DNA of 64,000 nucleotides from Pristiophorus japonicus (Eukaryota): positions 45,136,001 through 45,200,000 of the forward strand of contig NC_091992.1 in assembly GCF_044704955.1 (NCBI RefSeq), read 5' to 3'. The translations under genes and the position numbers were made by a program. Positions within the stretch are counted from its first letter, which is position 1. The number at the start of each line of letters is the position of its first letter. The notes under the pieces are model-generated. The model was not told the origin of the DNA and did not search any database. It was given only the letters and a program-made list of their open reading frames with translations. Positions 1 to 12,944 of the stretch are shown one piece after another.

Positions 1-63
1 GTCTTGCTGACTCCGCCCCTGCCCGCAGGCGGTGACACCGCGTTTCCCGGGTTGATACCAAGC

Positions 64-1664
64 TTATTCTTTCAAACATCTCGGGTAATGTGCACTTCTT
101 AATGTGGGGCGGGAGAGCGGGTGGTTGGGTTGGTGGGGGGGGGGGGGGTCAGCCGGTAATGCGGAAGGCCCGGCTTGGGCTTCTTTAGAGGCTGCTCTGG
201 GGATTGGAGTGGGAGTGGCAGTTGATTCTGTCAATGGGCGCGAGGTCTGGCCGTGTTCCCTTATTGCAGCAGCTAGCTCCAACATTCCCTCCCTCATGTT
301 CGCTGACAGTGTATGAACTAAGTGCAACATTCCCTCCCTCATGTTCACTGACAGCGCATCAGCTACCTGCGACATTTCCTCCCTCATGTTCCCGGACAGC
401 GCTTCCATTTCTCGTGAGAATGTTGTTATTTCTCCCGACAGTCCCGATACCTCATCACCCACCTCACTAATGGTGTCCAGAAGTGATTGGGTAAGGTCAA
501 TGCTCTCCACACTCATTGCCATCATGTGAACCACATCTGTCAGATCCTGCACCTCAGGAGAGGGCGATCGAGCTCTCCTTCCCCTCCTCACCCTGGGTGT
601 GGCTCGCAGCACTCCAGGACCTGCAGCCTCGGACGGTGGGGCCCTGGGTGTGCCTTGCTGCATCCCACTAGGACTCACAGCCTGGGATGGTGGGAAACCA
701 TGGAATGTCCCAACAACACTCAAACCACTACTCAGGGAAGGGGCTGGCACCTCAATGGGCGGCACCTGCACCTCCTCCAAAGTGAGTACAACAGTGGGGA
801 CTTCATCCATCCCCTCACCCTCCCCTTACCCCTCACCCCCGTGCTCTTGTTCTGGAAGATGTTCTCCTCTTCAGGCGTGTCCTCATCTGAATCTTCTTCT
901 GTATCGTCAGGGTTGGCTTCAAGTTCTGCAAAATATAACAGAACAGACAAATGGTTAGCAGCAGAGGAGGGGGCAGGGTGGCATGAGTAGGCTCACACAA
1001 CGCAGGCAGCAGGCTAATTTGAAGGACCACGATGAATGATAACACATTCGAAGCGTAGCTGACGGAGACATCCCCAGGAACCGAAGCATGGCTAGCCCGC
1101 GCAGTACTCAACATTTAGCAAAGCCAGACTGTGGAATTTGCAGGACTTACCCTTTCCCTCGAGTGTGGGCCCAGCTTGTGCAGTGGTGGTTGCTTTTCTC
1201 CAGGCAGGACCCATCAAAGCAGCGACCCTGTCTTCCAAGGTTGTCAGTGGCAGCAGATTTGCCGGGCCTCCTCCTGTTCGAGTTCTTTCTCATTTGTTAT
1301 GTGCCACCTTCCTCTGTAAAGATGAAAATATAACTTTTTAGAGAGGGTGTCTTTCTGCTAGATGGGACATATACAGCTGGTCACATTTACAATTGCAATT
1401 CCATTAAAAAATGAAAATATTAATTGCACTAACTACTTGACCAAGGTCCTGCCACTTCTTTTTACATTGGCCTCCAGACCTCGGGGTGATCACCATTGCA
1501 CAGTAATCTTCTGCAAGGTGGTTCCAGCGTTTTTTAATTTCCTTGAGTGGAACTTTTATGTGACCTGTGTTGGTGTCCAGCTCCTGCCATCTGCCCTCAA
1601 TCACATTAACCAGTGCCTCCACTTCATCCTGTAAGAAATTCTTGATCCTTGCGCCACGTTGCAT
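64..1664 (-). pseudogene. Degenerate Harbinger Myb/SANT DNA-binding protein gene (3 exons)
   Basis: Exon 2 has an in-frame TGA, the exon 1 donor reads GC rather than GT, and exon 3 changes frame between ENIFQNK and MDEVPTVV. Exon 3 contains three 15-aa repeats (LSxNMRE...). Confidence 0.7.
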
Positions 1665-2013
1665 CTTGTATTGCAGCTCCGATTTTTCCAATGAGAATTA
1701 AAGTTCTCACACACAACTGGCTCTTTAAAAATGACTGATTGCAGACCGGGAACTGTACTGGGCATGTGGGCCCATAGAAATCACGTCAAAAATGTCCCTT
1801 TTTTTTCTCCGCGCATGCGCAGAAGGGGCGGCATTTTTTCGGCGCAGACATTTGGCTCCACCCCCAGAAGCTACAGGACAGGATGTGTGGCATCAATTTC
1901 ACAAAAATAGAGCGGGGAAACTTGCCACATTTATTTTTGGAGCAGTTGTGGCCGAGAAAAACAAACGTAACTCTGGCAATAAGTCAACAAAACGGCTTTG
2001 GCCAAAATTGAGG
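64..2013 (-). mobile_element. PIF/Harbinger-type DNA transposon relic carrying a spliced Myb/SANT-like accessory gene (continues off the left edge)
   Basis: Minus-strand exons: 1664-1428 (MQRGARIKNFLQDEVEALV...RWNHLAE...RSGGQCKKKWQDL, Myb/SANT-like as in NAIF1/MSANTD), 1313-1151 (RKVAHNK*ERTRTGGG..., AG acceptor, GTAAGT donor) and 925-64 (acidic stretch, then coiled-coil-like region). Terminus-like GGCCAAAATTGAGG near 2000-2013. Confidence 0.75.
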
Positions 2014-2014
2014 G

Positions 2015-2410
2015 ACATTAAGCATGTACAGTGTAGATTTGCCAGGGTGATGCTGAGGTGAGAAATTATCGTTATGGGGGGAGGTGTGAGATATTGGGTC
2101 CACTTCCATTGGAGTAGATAAGACTGAGGAGACTTATTAGAGGTTTTTTCTTAAATTACGAATGGTTTTGATGAATATTTAATCTGCTGGGTAGTTAATG
2201 ACGAAAATACAACAATTTAAAATTGTCATTATGAAAGTGAGGGGAGAGGTTAGGAGTAGTTTCTTTATGCAGAGGGATGTTGGAGCGTGGGATGCTTTGC
2301 CACAGGGAGTAGTTGAGGCAGAGACTATTGTGTGTGTTAGGTTGGTAGGTTTACAGTGCTGGAGGGTTGTATTAATGAAAGGGTTAAGTTACTGGAGGGA
2401 CATATTAAGG
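2015..2410 (+). mobile_element. Old CR1 LINE 3' fragment
   Basis: Degenerate RT C-terminal motifs (RFARVM..., FFMQRDVGAWDALPQGVVEA). Confidence 0.65.
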
Positions 2411-2411
2411 G

Positions 2412-2926
2412 AAACATAGAAACATAGAAAATAGATGCAGGAGTAGGCCATTTGGCCCTTCGAGCCTGCACCACCATTCAATAAGATCATGGCTGATCAT
2501 ACACTTCAGTACCCATTCCTGCTTTCTCTCCATACCCCTTGATCCCTTTAGCCGTAAGGGCCACAACTAACTCCCTTTTGAATATATCTAACGAATTGGC
2601 CTCAACAACTTTCTGTGGTAGAGAATTCCACATGCTCACAACTTTCTGAATGAAGAAGTTTCTCCTCATCTCTGTCCTAAATGGCTTACCCCTTATCCTT
2701 AAACTGTGATCCCTGGTTCTGGACTTTCCAAACATCGGGAACGTTCTTCCTGCATCTAACTTGTCCAATCCCGTTAGAATTTTATATGTTTCTATGAGAT
2801 CCCCTCTCATTCTTCTAAATTCCATTGAATATAATCCTAGTCGATCCAGTCTTTCTTCATATGTCAGTTCTGTCATCCCGGGAATCAGTCTGGTGAACCT
2901 TCGCTGCACTCCCTCAATAGCAAGAA
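2412..2926 (-). mobile_element. CR1 LINE 3' fragment (family A, TTTCTATG tail)
   Basis: ORF 2487-2909 (RRFTRLIPGM...RTRDHSLRIRG...NFFIQKVVSMWNSLP), CR1 3' stem-loop and (GAAACATA)n tail on the + strand. Confidence 0.9.
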
Positions 2927-3719
2927 TGGAGGGATGTATTAAGGGAAGGGCTTGGGTAATGAAGGGATGTATTACATTTTTTACATGTCAGTATACATAC
3001 ATAATTGTACATTTACAAATGTATCTCTGTCCCAATGTTTGTATTAGTTTGTGTTGCATTTATGTTAATTAAATAAATTTGCTAAATTAAATCCAAAACA
3101 ACCTGCAGAAGAAAAGCACAAAGCTTGATGTTGAGGGCTGTTCAGTCACTGCCCCGTCTTGTTTTGGGGATCCCAGCCCCTGGCTTTGTTTGAGGCAGCC
3201 CTGTTGCTTGCAGGATGTCTGCATGTGCACAGGAAAAAAATAAACCACCAACTGTGCTTGTCACCACAATCAACTCAACCAATTCCCTTGCTGTCTTCTT
3301 CTCAGTTGCTCAAGGCTGCTAAATATGCAAATTTTCCACTTTCAGGCAAGAAAATTGCGAGCAGTTTCTCTCCCCTCACTTCAGGATAATCAGCGTTGGG
3401 TGGGAGCCAAAGGTTACTCCTCCTTGATGTAACTGAAATGACAGAAGCAACGGGGGCATCCCACATGATGTTAATCTTTTTGAAATGATGAATAAATAGG
3501 CAAGAAATGAAAATACAGGGGGTGATTTGAAATGTGAGGCATTATTCAGAGTAAAACAGACAGATGAATGAGATTTTGGTTTCAGAATGACCTGGAGCTC
3601 ACAGGGATAGCCATTCTATTTCACCCCCTCCCCCACCACATTAGCAGAATACTGCAGAATCTCAAGGCCGGCTCCAGCCTTGCAAATACACTCACCAAGG
3701 AGAGTGAGCAAGACTGGAC

Positions 3720-3975
3720 ACAAAGCAAATCCCCTTACCCAACAAAAGTCTGTCAATCTCAGTCTCGAAAGCTCCAATTGGCCTCCAGAATCAATAGCCT
3801 TTTGGGGAAGGCCGTTCCAGAATACCACTACCCTTTGTGTAAAAAGTGCTTCCCAATTTTCCTAGCTACATTTTTACGGTTATGCCCCCTTGTTATGGAC
3901 TCCCCCTCCACATCCGCCCCCCTCCCACCCCGACGAGGAAATAGTTCACCCGTATCTACTTAATCAATTCCTGTC
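3720..3975 (-). mobile_element. Old CR1 3' fragment
   Basis: Minus-strand VFWNGLPQKAIDSGGQLE...LRLTDF, which is CR1 ORF2 C-terminus-like. Confidence 0.6.
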
Positions 3976-3981
3976 AGGATA

Positions 3982-4390
3982 GTGTCAGCTGTGGCTCATT
4001 TGGTAGCACTCTCGCTCTGAGTCAGAACATTGTGGGTTTGAGTCCCACTCTAGAGACCTGAGCACAAAAAAAAATCTAGACTGACACTCCCGTGGAGTGC
4101 TGAGGGAGCACTGCGCTGTCGGAGGTGCCGTCTTTCGGATGAGGCATTAAACCGAGGCCCTGTCTGCTCTCTCAGGCCGACATAAAAGATCCCATGGCAT
4201 TATTTTGAAAAAGAGCAGGGAAGTTATCACTGATGTTCTGGCCAATATTTATCCCTCAATCAACATCACTTAAAAAAAAACCAGATTATCTGGTCATTAT
4301 CACATTTCTGTTTGTGGAAGCTTGCTGTGTGCTTTGAGATATCCAGTGGTCACGAAGGTGCTATATAAATGCAAGTCTTTCTTTCTTTCA
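3982..4390 (+). mobile_element. tRNA-headed Deu-domain SINE (SacSINE1/AmnSINE1-like)
   Basis: A/B-box-like head (GTGGCTCATTTGGTAGC...GGTTTGAGTCCC), Deu core (GGAGGTGCCGTCTTTCGGATGAG...AAAGATCCCATGGCA...GGCCAATATTTATCCCTCAA) and L2-like tail (GCTATATAAATGCAAGTCTTTCTTTC). Confidence 0.8.
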
Positions 4391-4629
4391 TAAGACCCGG
4401 AGCACAAAAAAGGGCAACATTCCATAACAGCTTCGATGGCTGTGAGGCATTGGGAACTCTATCTATCAGGGCAAAGCAGAAAGGGAGAGGAGGCGGGTAG
4501 CCTAATGTGCTACACCAGATTAATATTTGGTGATGAAGGCCACTGGGGTATGAAACATAAAGTGGTGCATGATAGTTTGACGAATTTGGAAGCCAACTAA
4601 TCCTGATCGAATCAATGTTCTTTCCCCAT

Positions 4630-5055
4630 TTTGAGTAGAATGGGCTTATACTCTCTGGAGTTCAGAAGAATGAGAGGTGATCTCATTGAAACATATAAAA
4701 GATTCTGAGGGGGATTGACAGGGTAGATGCTGAGAGGTTGGTTACCCTGGCTGAAGAGTCTAGAACTAGGGGGCATAGTTTCAGGATAAGGAGTCGGCCA
4801 TTTAAGACTGAGGAGGAGGAATTTCTTCATTCAAGAGGGTTGTGAATATTTGGAATTCTCTAACCCAGAGGGCTATGGATGCTCAGTTGTTGAATATATT
4901 CCAGGCTGAGATGGACAGATTTTTGGACTCTGGGGGAATCAAGGGATATGGAGATTGGGCGGAAACGGGAGTTGAGGTCGAAGGTCAGCCATGATCTTAT
5001 TGAATGACGGAGTAGGCTCGAGGGGCAGTATGGCCTACTCCTGCTCGTAATTCTT
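4630..5055 (+). mobile_element. CR1 3' fragment
   Basis: GLYSLEFRRMRGDLIE-like coding remnant and CR1 3' stem-loop (GGCCTACTCCTGCTC). Confidence 0.8.
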
Positions 5056-5710
5056 TTACCTCTTTTACACTTCCTTCTCCTGCTTTTTCTCTTTCCCTCC
5101 CTTGTCAATATCTAGTGTGTTGTAAGACTGTTATGAAGTGCCTTGGGACATTTTACTACGTTAAAGGCGCTATATAAATAAGTTATTATTAATAATAATA
5201 GTTCTTATGTTCTTATTCTTACTTGTCCCTTTTTATGCTGCAACATGGATTCAGAGCAATAGCAGCAACATTAGAATGGGAGCAGACGAGATCTGAACAC
5301 GTGCAGTTGTTCCAAGGGTGGAAGTGTGACATTGGTGGGGCCATGCAGCATAACAAGCCCAGCCCACCCTGTTGGCCCCAAGCATCTGCTGAGTGAGAAA
5401 ACCATGAGGCTTTGCGCCCCCAAAATTGTCGTCTTTGTTGAGGAATAAAGGGTGAAAGGTCAAGACCCACAGTGTTGGACAGCACCGATGTTGAAAAGTT
5501 GCCGAATATTGTCAGTATGCAGCAGGTTGAGGAATGAGAAATAAACAAAATTGCATTGTAATAATTACATCGAGTCCCATAAACCTATAATATGCAATGG
5601 GGAGATTGCAGAGAATCTGCATTTTACTTACTCGGGGATTTGGTACTGACAAGCTGATCTATCAAACCAAACCTGTTTCAGACTCCTTTAGATTTCCTAA
5701 AGTCCCGGCA

Positions 5711-7034
5711 TGACTGCAAAAGCTTCTAACTGACTGCAAAAGCTTTTATAGATACGTGAAGAGAAAAAGATTAGTGAAGACTAATGTAGGTCCCTTGCAG
5801 TCAAAATCAGGGGAATTCATAATGGGGAACAAGGAAATGGCAGACCAATTGAACAAATACTTTGGTTCTGTTTTCACTAAGGAAGACACAAATAACCTCC
5901 CGAAAATACTAGGGGACTGAGGGTGTAGCGAGAAGGGGGAACTGAGGGATATCCTTATTAGTCAGGGAATGGTGTTAGGGAAATTGAGGGGACTGAAGGC
6001 CGATAAATCCCCAGGGCTTGATAGTCTGCATCCCAGAGTACTTAAGGAAGTGACCCTAGAAATAGATGCATTGGTGGTCATTTTCCAACATTTCATGGAC
6101 TCTGGTGACTCAGGGCAGTGACAGGATCGGTCCAAGTCAGCATGGATTTATGAAAGGGAAATCATGCTTGACATATCTTCTAGAGTTTTTTGAGGATGTA
6201 ACTAGTAGAGTGGATAAGGGAGAACCAGTGGTATATTTGGACTTTCAAAAGGCTTTTGACAGATCCCACACAAGAGATTAGTGTGCAAAATTAAGGCACA
6301 TGGTATTGGGGGTAATGTATTGATGTGGATAGAGAACTTGTTGACAGACAGGAAGCAAAGAGTAGGAATAAATGGGTCCTTTTCAGAATGGCAGGCAGTG
6401 ACTAGTGGGGTGCCGCAGGGCTCAGTGCTGGGACCCCCGCTATTTACAATATACATTAATGATTTAGACAAAGGAATTGAATGGAATATCTCCAAGTTTG
6501 CAGATGACATTAAGCTGGGTGGCAGTGCGAGCTGCGAGGAGGATGCTAGGAGGCTGCAGGGGGACTTGGACAGATTAGGTGAATGGCCAAATGCATGGCA
6601 GATACAGTATAATGTAGATAAGTGTGAGGTTATCCACTTTGGTGGAAAAAACAGGAAGGCAGATTATTATCTGAATGGTGACAGATTAGTAAAAGGGGAG
6701 GTGCAATGAAACCTGGGTGTCATGGTACATCAGTCATTGAAGGTAGGCATGCAGGTACAGCAGGCAGTAAAGAAAGCAAATGGCATGCTGGCCTTTATAG
6801 CGAGGGGATTTGAGTATAGTAGCAGGGAGGTCTTACTGCAGTTGTACAGGGTCTTGGTGAGACCACACCTTGAGTATTGTGTGCAGTTTTGGTCTCCTAA
6901 TCTGAGGAAGGACGTTCTTGCTATTGAGGGAGTGGAGCGAAGGTTCACCAGACTGATTCCCGGGATGGCAGGACTGACATATGAAGAAAGACTGGATCGA
7001 CTAGGCTTATATTCACTGGAATTTAGAAGAATGG
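5711..7034 (+). mobile_element. CR1 LINE (family A) RT fragment with internal deletion
   Basis: RT motifs [48 protein letters not shown]. Confidence 0.92.
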
Positions 7035-8486
7035 TAGACTGGTCATGAAGGTTAAAGCCCATGGGATCCAGGACAAAGTGGCAAGTTGGATCCAAAATTG
7101 GTTTGGAGGTAGGAAGCAAAGGCTAATGATTCATGGATGTTTTTGTGACTGGAAGGATATTTCCAATGAGGTTCTGCTGGGCTCAATACTGGGTCCCTTG
7201 CTTTTTGTGATATATATCAACGATTTAGATTTGAATATAGGAAGTATGATTAAGAAGTTTGCAGACAACACTAAAATTGGCTGTGTGGTTGATAATGAAG
7301 AGGAAAGTCATGGGCTGCAGGAGGATATCAATCTACTGGTCAGGTGGGCAGAGTAGTGGCAAATGGAATTCAATTCAGAGAAGTGTGAGGTGATGCACTT
7401 TGGGAGGGCTAAGGAAAGGGTATACACATTAAGCGGTAGGCCACTTAATAGTATAGATGAACAAAGGGATCTTGAAGTGCTTGTTCACAGATCCCTGAAA
7501 GTAGCAGGCCAGGTGGATAAGGTGGTTAAGAAGGCATACGGAATGCTTGCCTTTATTGGCCAAGGCATAGAATATGAGCAGAGAGGTTATGTTTAAATTG
7601 TATAATATTTTGGTTTGGCCACAGCTGGAGTACTGCGTGCAGTTCTGGTCACCGTATTATAGGAAGGACGTGATTGCACTAGAGAGGGTGCAGAATGGAG
7701 AATCTTAGTTATGAGGACAGATTGGATAGGCTGGGTTTGTTCTCATTGGAACAGAGGAGGTTGTGAGGCGACCTCATCGAGGTGTACAAAATAGTGAGGG
7801 GCCTGGACATAATGGATAGTAAGGATCTATTTCCATTGGTGGAGGGGGCTATTATGAGAGGGCATAGTTTAAAGGTTGTTGGTGGAAGGTTTAGTGGGGA
7901 TTTGAGGGGTGGGGGCTTCTTTACTCAGGGTTGTGGGGATCTGGAACTCGCTGCCTAGAAGAGTGGTGGATGCAGAAACCCTCACCACTTTTAAGAGATG
8001 ATTGGCTGGGCACTTAAAGTGCCGTAACCTGCAAGGTTACAGACTTAGAGCTGGTAATTAGGATTAGACTAGATGACCTTTCGTTGGTCGGCGCAGATAT
8101 AATTGCAAGTACTGCAGGGAATAGAATACGGCCAGGGTGATCCCCTGGACTAGTTTCGATCACCTGGATGGGTCGGAGAGGAATTTTCCCAGATTTTTCT
8201 CCCTAAGTTGGCCAGGGTTTTTATCTGGTTTTTGCCTCTCCCAGGAGATCACATGGTTCCAGTTGGGGTGGAGTGTAGATTTTTTTAGTAGAAGGGGTGT
8301 TGCAGTGGTGTGGGGCGGACTGGTTGGACTGGGTGCTCTTTGCCTTTCCGTTATTGTTCATGGGTTTGTATGTAACCTTTAGGGCTGCTGATGAACGGCC
8401 ATGTGGCTCTTTGTCAGCCGGCGTGGACACGATGCGTCGAAATGGCCTCCTTCTGCGCTGTAAATTTCTATGTTTCTATGTTTCTA
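7035..8486 (+). mobile_element. Second CR1 subfamily, RT to 3' end with long 3' UTR, abutting the previous copy
   Basis: Restarts at KVKAHGIQDKVASWIQNW...KKFADNTKIG; ends AATGGCCTCCTTCTGCGCTGTAAA(TTTCTATG)n. Confidence 0.85.
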
Positions 8487-9312
8487 TCCAGTTCTGCATG
8501 AGCAGAAATGTTCTCCAATTGAATATTTGGAAGACCGAAGCCATTGTTTTTGATCCCCACCACAAACTCCATTCCCTAGTCACTGTCCATCCCTCTCCCC
8601 AACTTCTGTCTTGAGGCTGAACCAGACTGTTCGCAGCCTTGGTGTCATATTTGACCTTGAAATGAGTTTTCGACCACATATCCGCAGCATAACTAAGACC
8701 GTCTATTTCCATTAACATCGCCTGTCTCCGCTCTTGCTTCAGCTCACCTACTGCTGAAGCCCTCATCCATGCCTTTGTTATCTCTAGACTTAACTATTAC
8801 AACGCACTCCTGGCTGGCCTCCCACATTCTACCCTGCGTAAACTAGAGGTGATCCAAATCTCAACTCGCACCAAGTCCCGTTCACCAATCACTCCTGCGC
8901 TCACTAACCTGCATTGGCTTCTGGTTAAGCATCACCTTGATTTCAAAATTCTGATCCTTATTTTCAAATTCCTCCCTATCTCTGTAATCTCCTCCAGCCC
9001 CACAACTCCCCCGAGATGTCAACGCTCCTCTAATTCTGCCCTCTTGAGCATCCCTGGTTATAATCACTCAACCATTGGTGGCTGTGCCTTCTGTTGCCTA
9101 GGCCCCAAGCTCTGGAATTCCCCTGCCGAAACCCCTCCGCCTCTCTATCTTTCTTTCCTCCTTTAAAATGCTCCTTAAAACATATCTCTCACCTGCGCTA
9201 ATTTCTTAAGTGGCTCGGTGTCAAATTTTTTTATGTGATAATACTCCTGTGAAGCGCCTTGGGATGTTTCACTACATTAAAGGCACTATATAAATATAAT
9301 TTGTTGTTGTTG
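8487..9312 (+). mobile_element. L2-clade LINE 3' fragment
   Basis: LQLNIxKTEAIVF, HAFVISRL, TKSRSPITPALTNLHWL...DFKILILIFK, GPKLWNS; tail GGCACTATATAAAT...(TTG)n. Confidence 0.85.
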
Positions 9313-9484
9313 TAATGGATGACTGCCAGCACCTGTGCAAATTAACCATAGGAACAGGAAGTACTGTCAGGAGAAGTGAAAAAGGGAAGAAAATTGGAAC
9401 AGGATGCCCGGAGCTATAGGAGCGAAGTATCTCCTTCTCATTGGCAAACACTGAACAAAGGTTCATCCATCACAATTGGACTAT

Positions 9485-10114
9485 GAGCTAGATTTTCCTA
9501 TCATTTCTCGGCGATTTTCTCGGCGGTACTGCTGTTTTTCCGCCTGGCAAAAGTTTCCCCTTAAGTTTTTTCATGGTATCGCCCACAGCTGAACACGCCC
9601 GCCGGGACCAAACCACCGACGTGCAACGCTGAGAACAACCGGCAGGCGTAAGTTTGGCCTCAACCACCGACGTCCAGATCGCCGACAGAACCACCCTGTA
9701 AAAGCTGCTTAAACAGGGCGGTAGGTGAGTACCCTGAAAAGAAAGGTCAGTTAAAGGTTCTTTATTTCTTTTTTTTTAAATATTAAAACGGCGATTAGGT
9801 GTAAAAGTGTCTTGGGAATGCTTTGTACGTTTTTTTATTGAAAATTTTTTTTCTAAGTTTTCCCCCGTCCCTAGGCCCAACTCGGACTAAATTTTAAATA
9901 CTTACCATCCATTCTGGTAACGACCGCCCATGTTACTAAGTTTCCACTTAACCGCCAAGAAAACTGCCGACAATGAGTGTGCAACGCACATTTTCTCGCC
10001 TGGCGATTAGTTTTAATTACTAAAATGGAAATTCTCGTCAGCATTACTCACCGAATGTTAGTGGTTCTTCTCAGCGGTCAATTGCCATTGAGGGGCTCGT
10101 AGGAAAGTCTACCC
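9485..10114. mobile_element. MITE / non-autonomous Harbinger-like element
   Basis: Imperfect terminal inverted repeats GAGCTAGATTTTCCT ... AGGAAAGTCTACCC, each flanked by TAT; CpG-rich subterminal arms and AT-rich core; no coding capacity. Confidence 0.65.
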
Positions 10115-10577
10115 TATGTCTCTTAGGGTCACCATAACAAGTGTTGAGGTGCCACCTGCTGGCCATTATGGTGTGATAGAAACTACAAACGCTGGACATT
10201 CACAGCAAGTCTGTCAGCATCTATAAACAGAAAGACAGCTTAACATATTTTTTCTGTTTTTATTTGATGAATGTTATGCATTCCTCAATGCAGCTACGTG
10301 CTCACTGGCCTAACTGTACAAGTCAATTCTGCATCTTCACGAATTTTAAAACCAATTATACTGCACAAGATTTCCTTCTTTGAAGTGTTGATAAAAAAGT
10401 TGTAAAAATATTGTGAGTGTACATATTGTACACGGTGTGAGAGTACACGTACACGATTGGTGTAAGCATACATGCTGTTCCCAAGTGAAGAGAGTACATA
10501 TACACAAGAGACGCAAGATATATTAAATCAACGAATCAAACTCAAAGAGGAAAAAAATCCTGGGATTACATCCACGC

Positions 10578-12192
10578 ATTACTTTTTGAAGTATAGTCAC
10601 TGTTGTAGTGTGGGAAGCGTGGCAATCAATTTGTAACATAGAAACATAGAAAATAGATGCAGGAGTAGGCCATTCAACCCTTCGAGCCTGCACCACCATT
10701 CAATAAGATCATGGCTGATCATTCACCTCAGTACCCCTATCCTGCTTTCTCTCCATACCCCTTGATCCCTTTAGCCGTAAGGGCCACATCTAACTCCCTC
10801 TTGAATATATCCAATGAACTGGCATCAACAACTCTCTGTGATAGAGAATTTCACAGGTTAACAACTCTCTGAGTGAAGAAGTTTCTTCTCATCACAGTCC
10901 TAAATGGCTTACCCCTTATCCTTAGACTGTGTCCTCTGGTTCTGGACTTCCCCAACATTGGGAACATTCTTCCTGCATCTAATCTATCCACTCCCATCAG
11001 AATTTTATGTTTCTATGAGATCTCTCATCCTTCTAAACTCCAGTGAATACAGGCCCAGTCGATCCAGTCTCTCCTCATATGTCAGTCCTGCAATCCCGGG
11101 AATCAATCTGGTGAACCTTCGCTGCTCTCGTCAGTAGCAAGAACATCCTTCCTCAGATAAGGAGACCAAAACTGAACACAATATTCCAGGTGAGGTCTCA
11201 CCAAGGCCCTGTACAACTGCAGTAAGACCTCCATGCACTTATACTCAAATCCCCTAGCTGTGAAGGCCAACATACCATTTGCCTTCTTCACCACCTGCTG
11301 TACCTGCATGCCAACTTTCAATGACTGATGTACCATGACACCCAGGTCTCGTTGCACCTCCCCTTTTCCTAATCTGCCGCCATTCAGATAATATTCTGCT
11401 TTCGTGTTTTTGCCCACAAAGTGGATAACCTCACATTTATCTACATTAAACTGCATCTGCCATGCATTTGCCCACTCACCTAACCTGTCCAAGTCACCCT
11501 CCTCACAGCTCACACCGCCACCCAGCTTAGTGACATCTGAAAACTTGGAGATATTACACTCAATTCCTTCATCTAAATCATTAATGTATATTGTAAATAG
11601 CTGGGGTCCCAGCACTGAACCCTGCGGCACCCCACTAGTCACTGCCTGCCATTCTGAAAAGGACCCGTTTATCCCGACTCTCTGCTTCCTGTCTGCCAAC
11701 CAGTTCTCTATCCACATCAGTACATTACCCCCAATACCATGTGCTTTAATTTTGCACACCAATCTCTTGTGTGGGACCTTGTCAAAAGCCTTTTGAAAGT
11801 CCAAATACACCACATCCACTGGTTCTCCCTTGTCCACTCCACTAGTTACATTTGTGCACAGCAAGTTCCCACAAACAGCAATGTGATAATTACCAGATAA
11901 TCTGTTTTTGTTATGTTGATTGAGGGATAAATATTGGCCAGGACACTGGGGATAACTCCCCCTGCTCTTCTTCGAAATAGTGCCATGGGATCTTTTATAT
12001 CCACCTGAGAAAGCAGACAGGGCCTCAGTTTAATGTCTCATCCGAAAGATGGCACCTCCGACAGCGCAGCACTCTCAGTACTGCACTGGAGTGTCAGCCT
12101 CGATTTATGTGCTCAAGTCCCTGGAATGAAATTTGAACCCACAACCTTCTGACTCAGAGACGAGTGTGTTACCCACTGACCACAGCTGACGG
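10578..12192 (-). mobile_element. Deu-domain SINE split by a CR1 insertion
   Basis: SINE tail at 10578-10634 resumes at 11850 (GCACAGCAAGTTCCCACAAACAGC...GCCATGGGATCTTTTA...CATCCGAAAGATGGCACCTCC...TTTGAACCCAC). Confidence 0.8.
10635..11849 (-). mobile_element. CR1 LINE (family A), 5'-truncated
   Basis: ORF 11103-11864 with [26 protein letters not shown]; (GAAACATA)n tail; flanked by ATTTGT on both sides. Confidence 0.93.
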
Positions 12193-12935
12193 GGAAAGAT
12201 ACCAGCAGTATTACCACACATATTTAATAATTCGTTAAAAAAGGTGTAGTGCCAGAGGACTGAAGGATAGCTAATGTAATACCTATATTTAAGAAGGGAG
12301 GGAGAACATGTCCAGGGATCAATAGACCAGTCAGCTTAACATTGATAGTAGGAAAAATAATGAAATCTCTAATAAAGGAGAAAATAGAAGAACATCCAGA
12401 AGCCAAAAATATAATAATGAATAGTCAGCATGGATTTCAAAAGGGAAAGTCTTGCTTGACCAACCTCATTGAATTTTTGAAGTGATAACAGAGAGGGTAG
12501 ACGAGGGTAATGCAGTCGATGTAGTTTATCTAGATTTTCAAACGGCCTTCGATAAGGTCCCACACAATAGACTAATGAATAAGGTCAGAGAATGTGGAAT
12601 CAGGGAACAAGTAGCAGAATGGATAACTAGCTGGCTTCAACATAGAAAGCAGAGAGTAGGGGTAAAGGGTAGTTATTCACAGTGGCAGTAGGTGCGTAAT
12701 GGTGTTCAACAAGTATCAGTGCTGGGACCACTGTTGTTCACAATTTATATTAATGATTTAGACAGAATCAAAAACACAATTTCTAAATTTACAGATGACA
12801 CCAAAAGGGAATAGAGGGATATGCTGATCGATTTAGATGAGGAAAGACAGGAGGAAGCGTGAGTGGAGCATAAATGACGGCATGGACTGGTTGGGCCGAA
12901 TGGCCTGTTTCTGTGTCGTATATCCTATGTAATCT
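12193..12935 (+). mobile_element. CR1 fragment with internal deletion
   Basis: [20 protein letters not shown] motif; jumps from the KFxDDTK region to the 3' end TTGGGCCGAATGGCCTGTTTCTGTG. Confidence 0.85.
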
Positions 12936-12944
12936 TAGGTAGTC

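Noticed and set aside
3982-4055. tRNA gene (also at 42785)
   Set aside because: A/B boxes are SINE heads followed by SINE bodies; no complete cloverleaf is evident.
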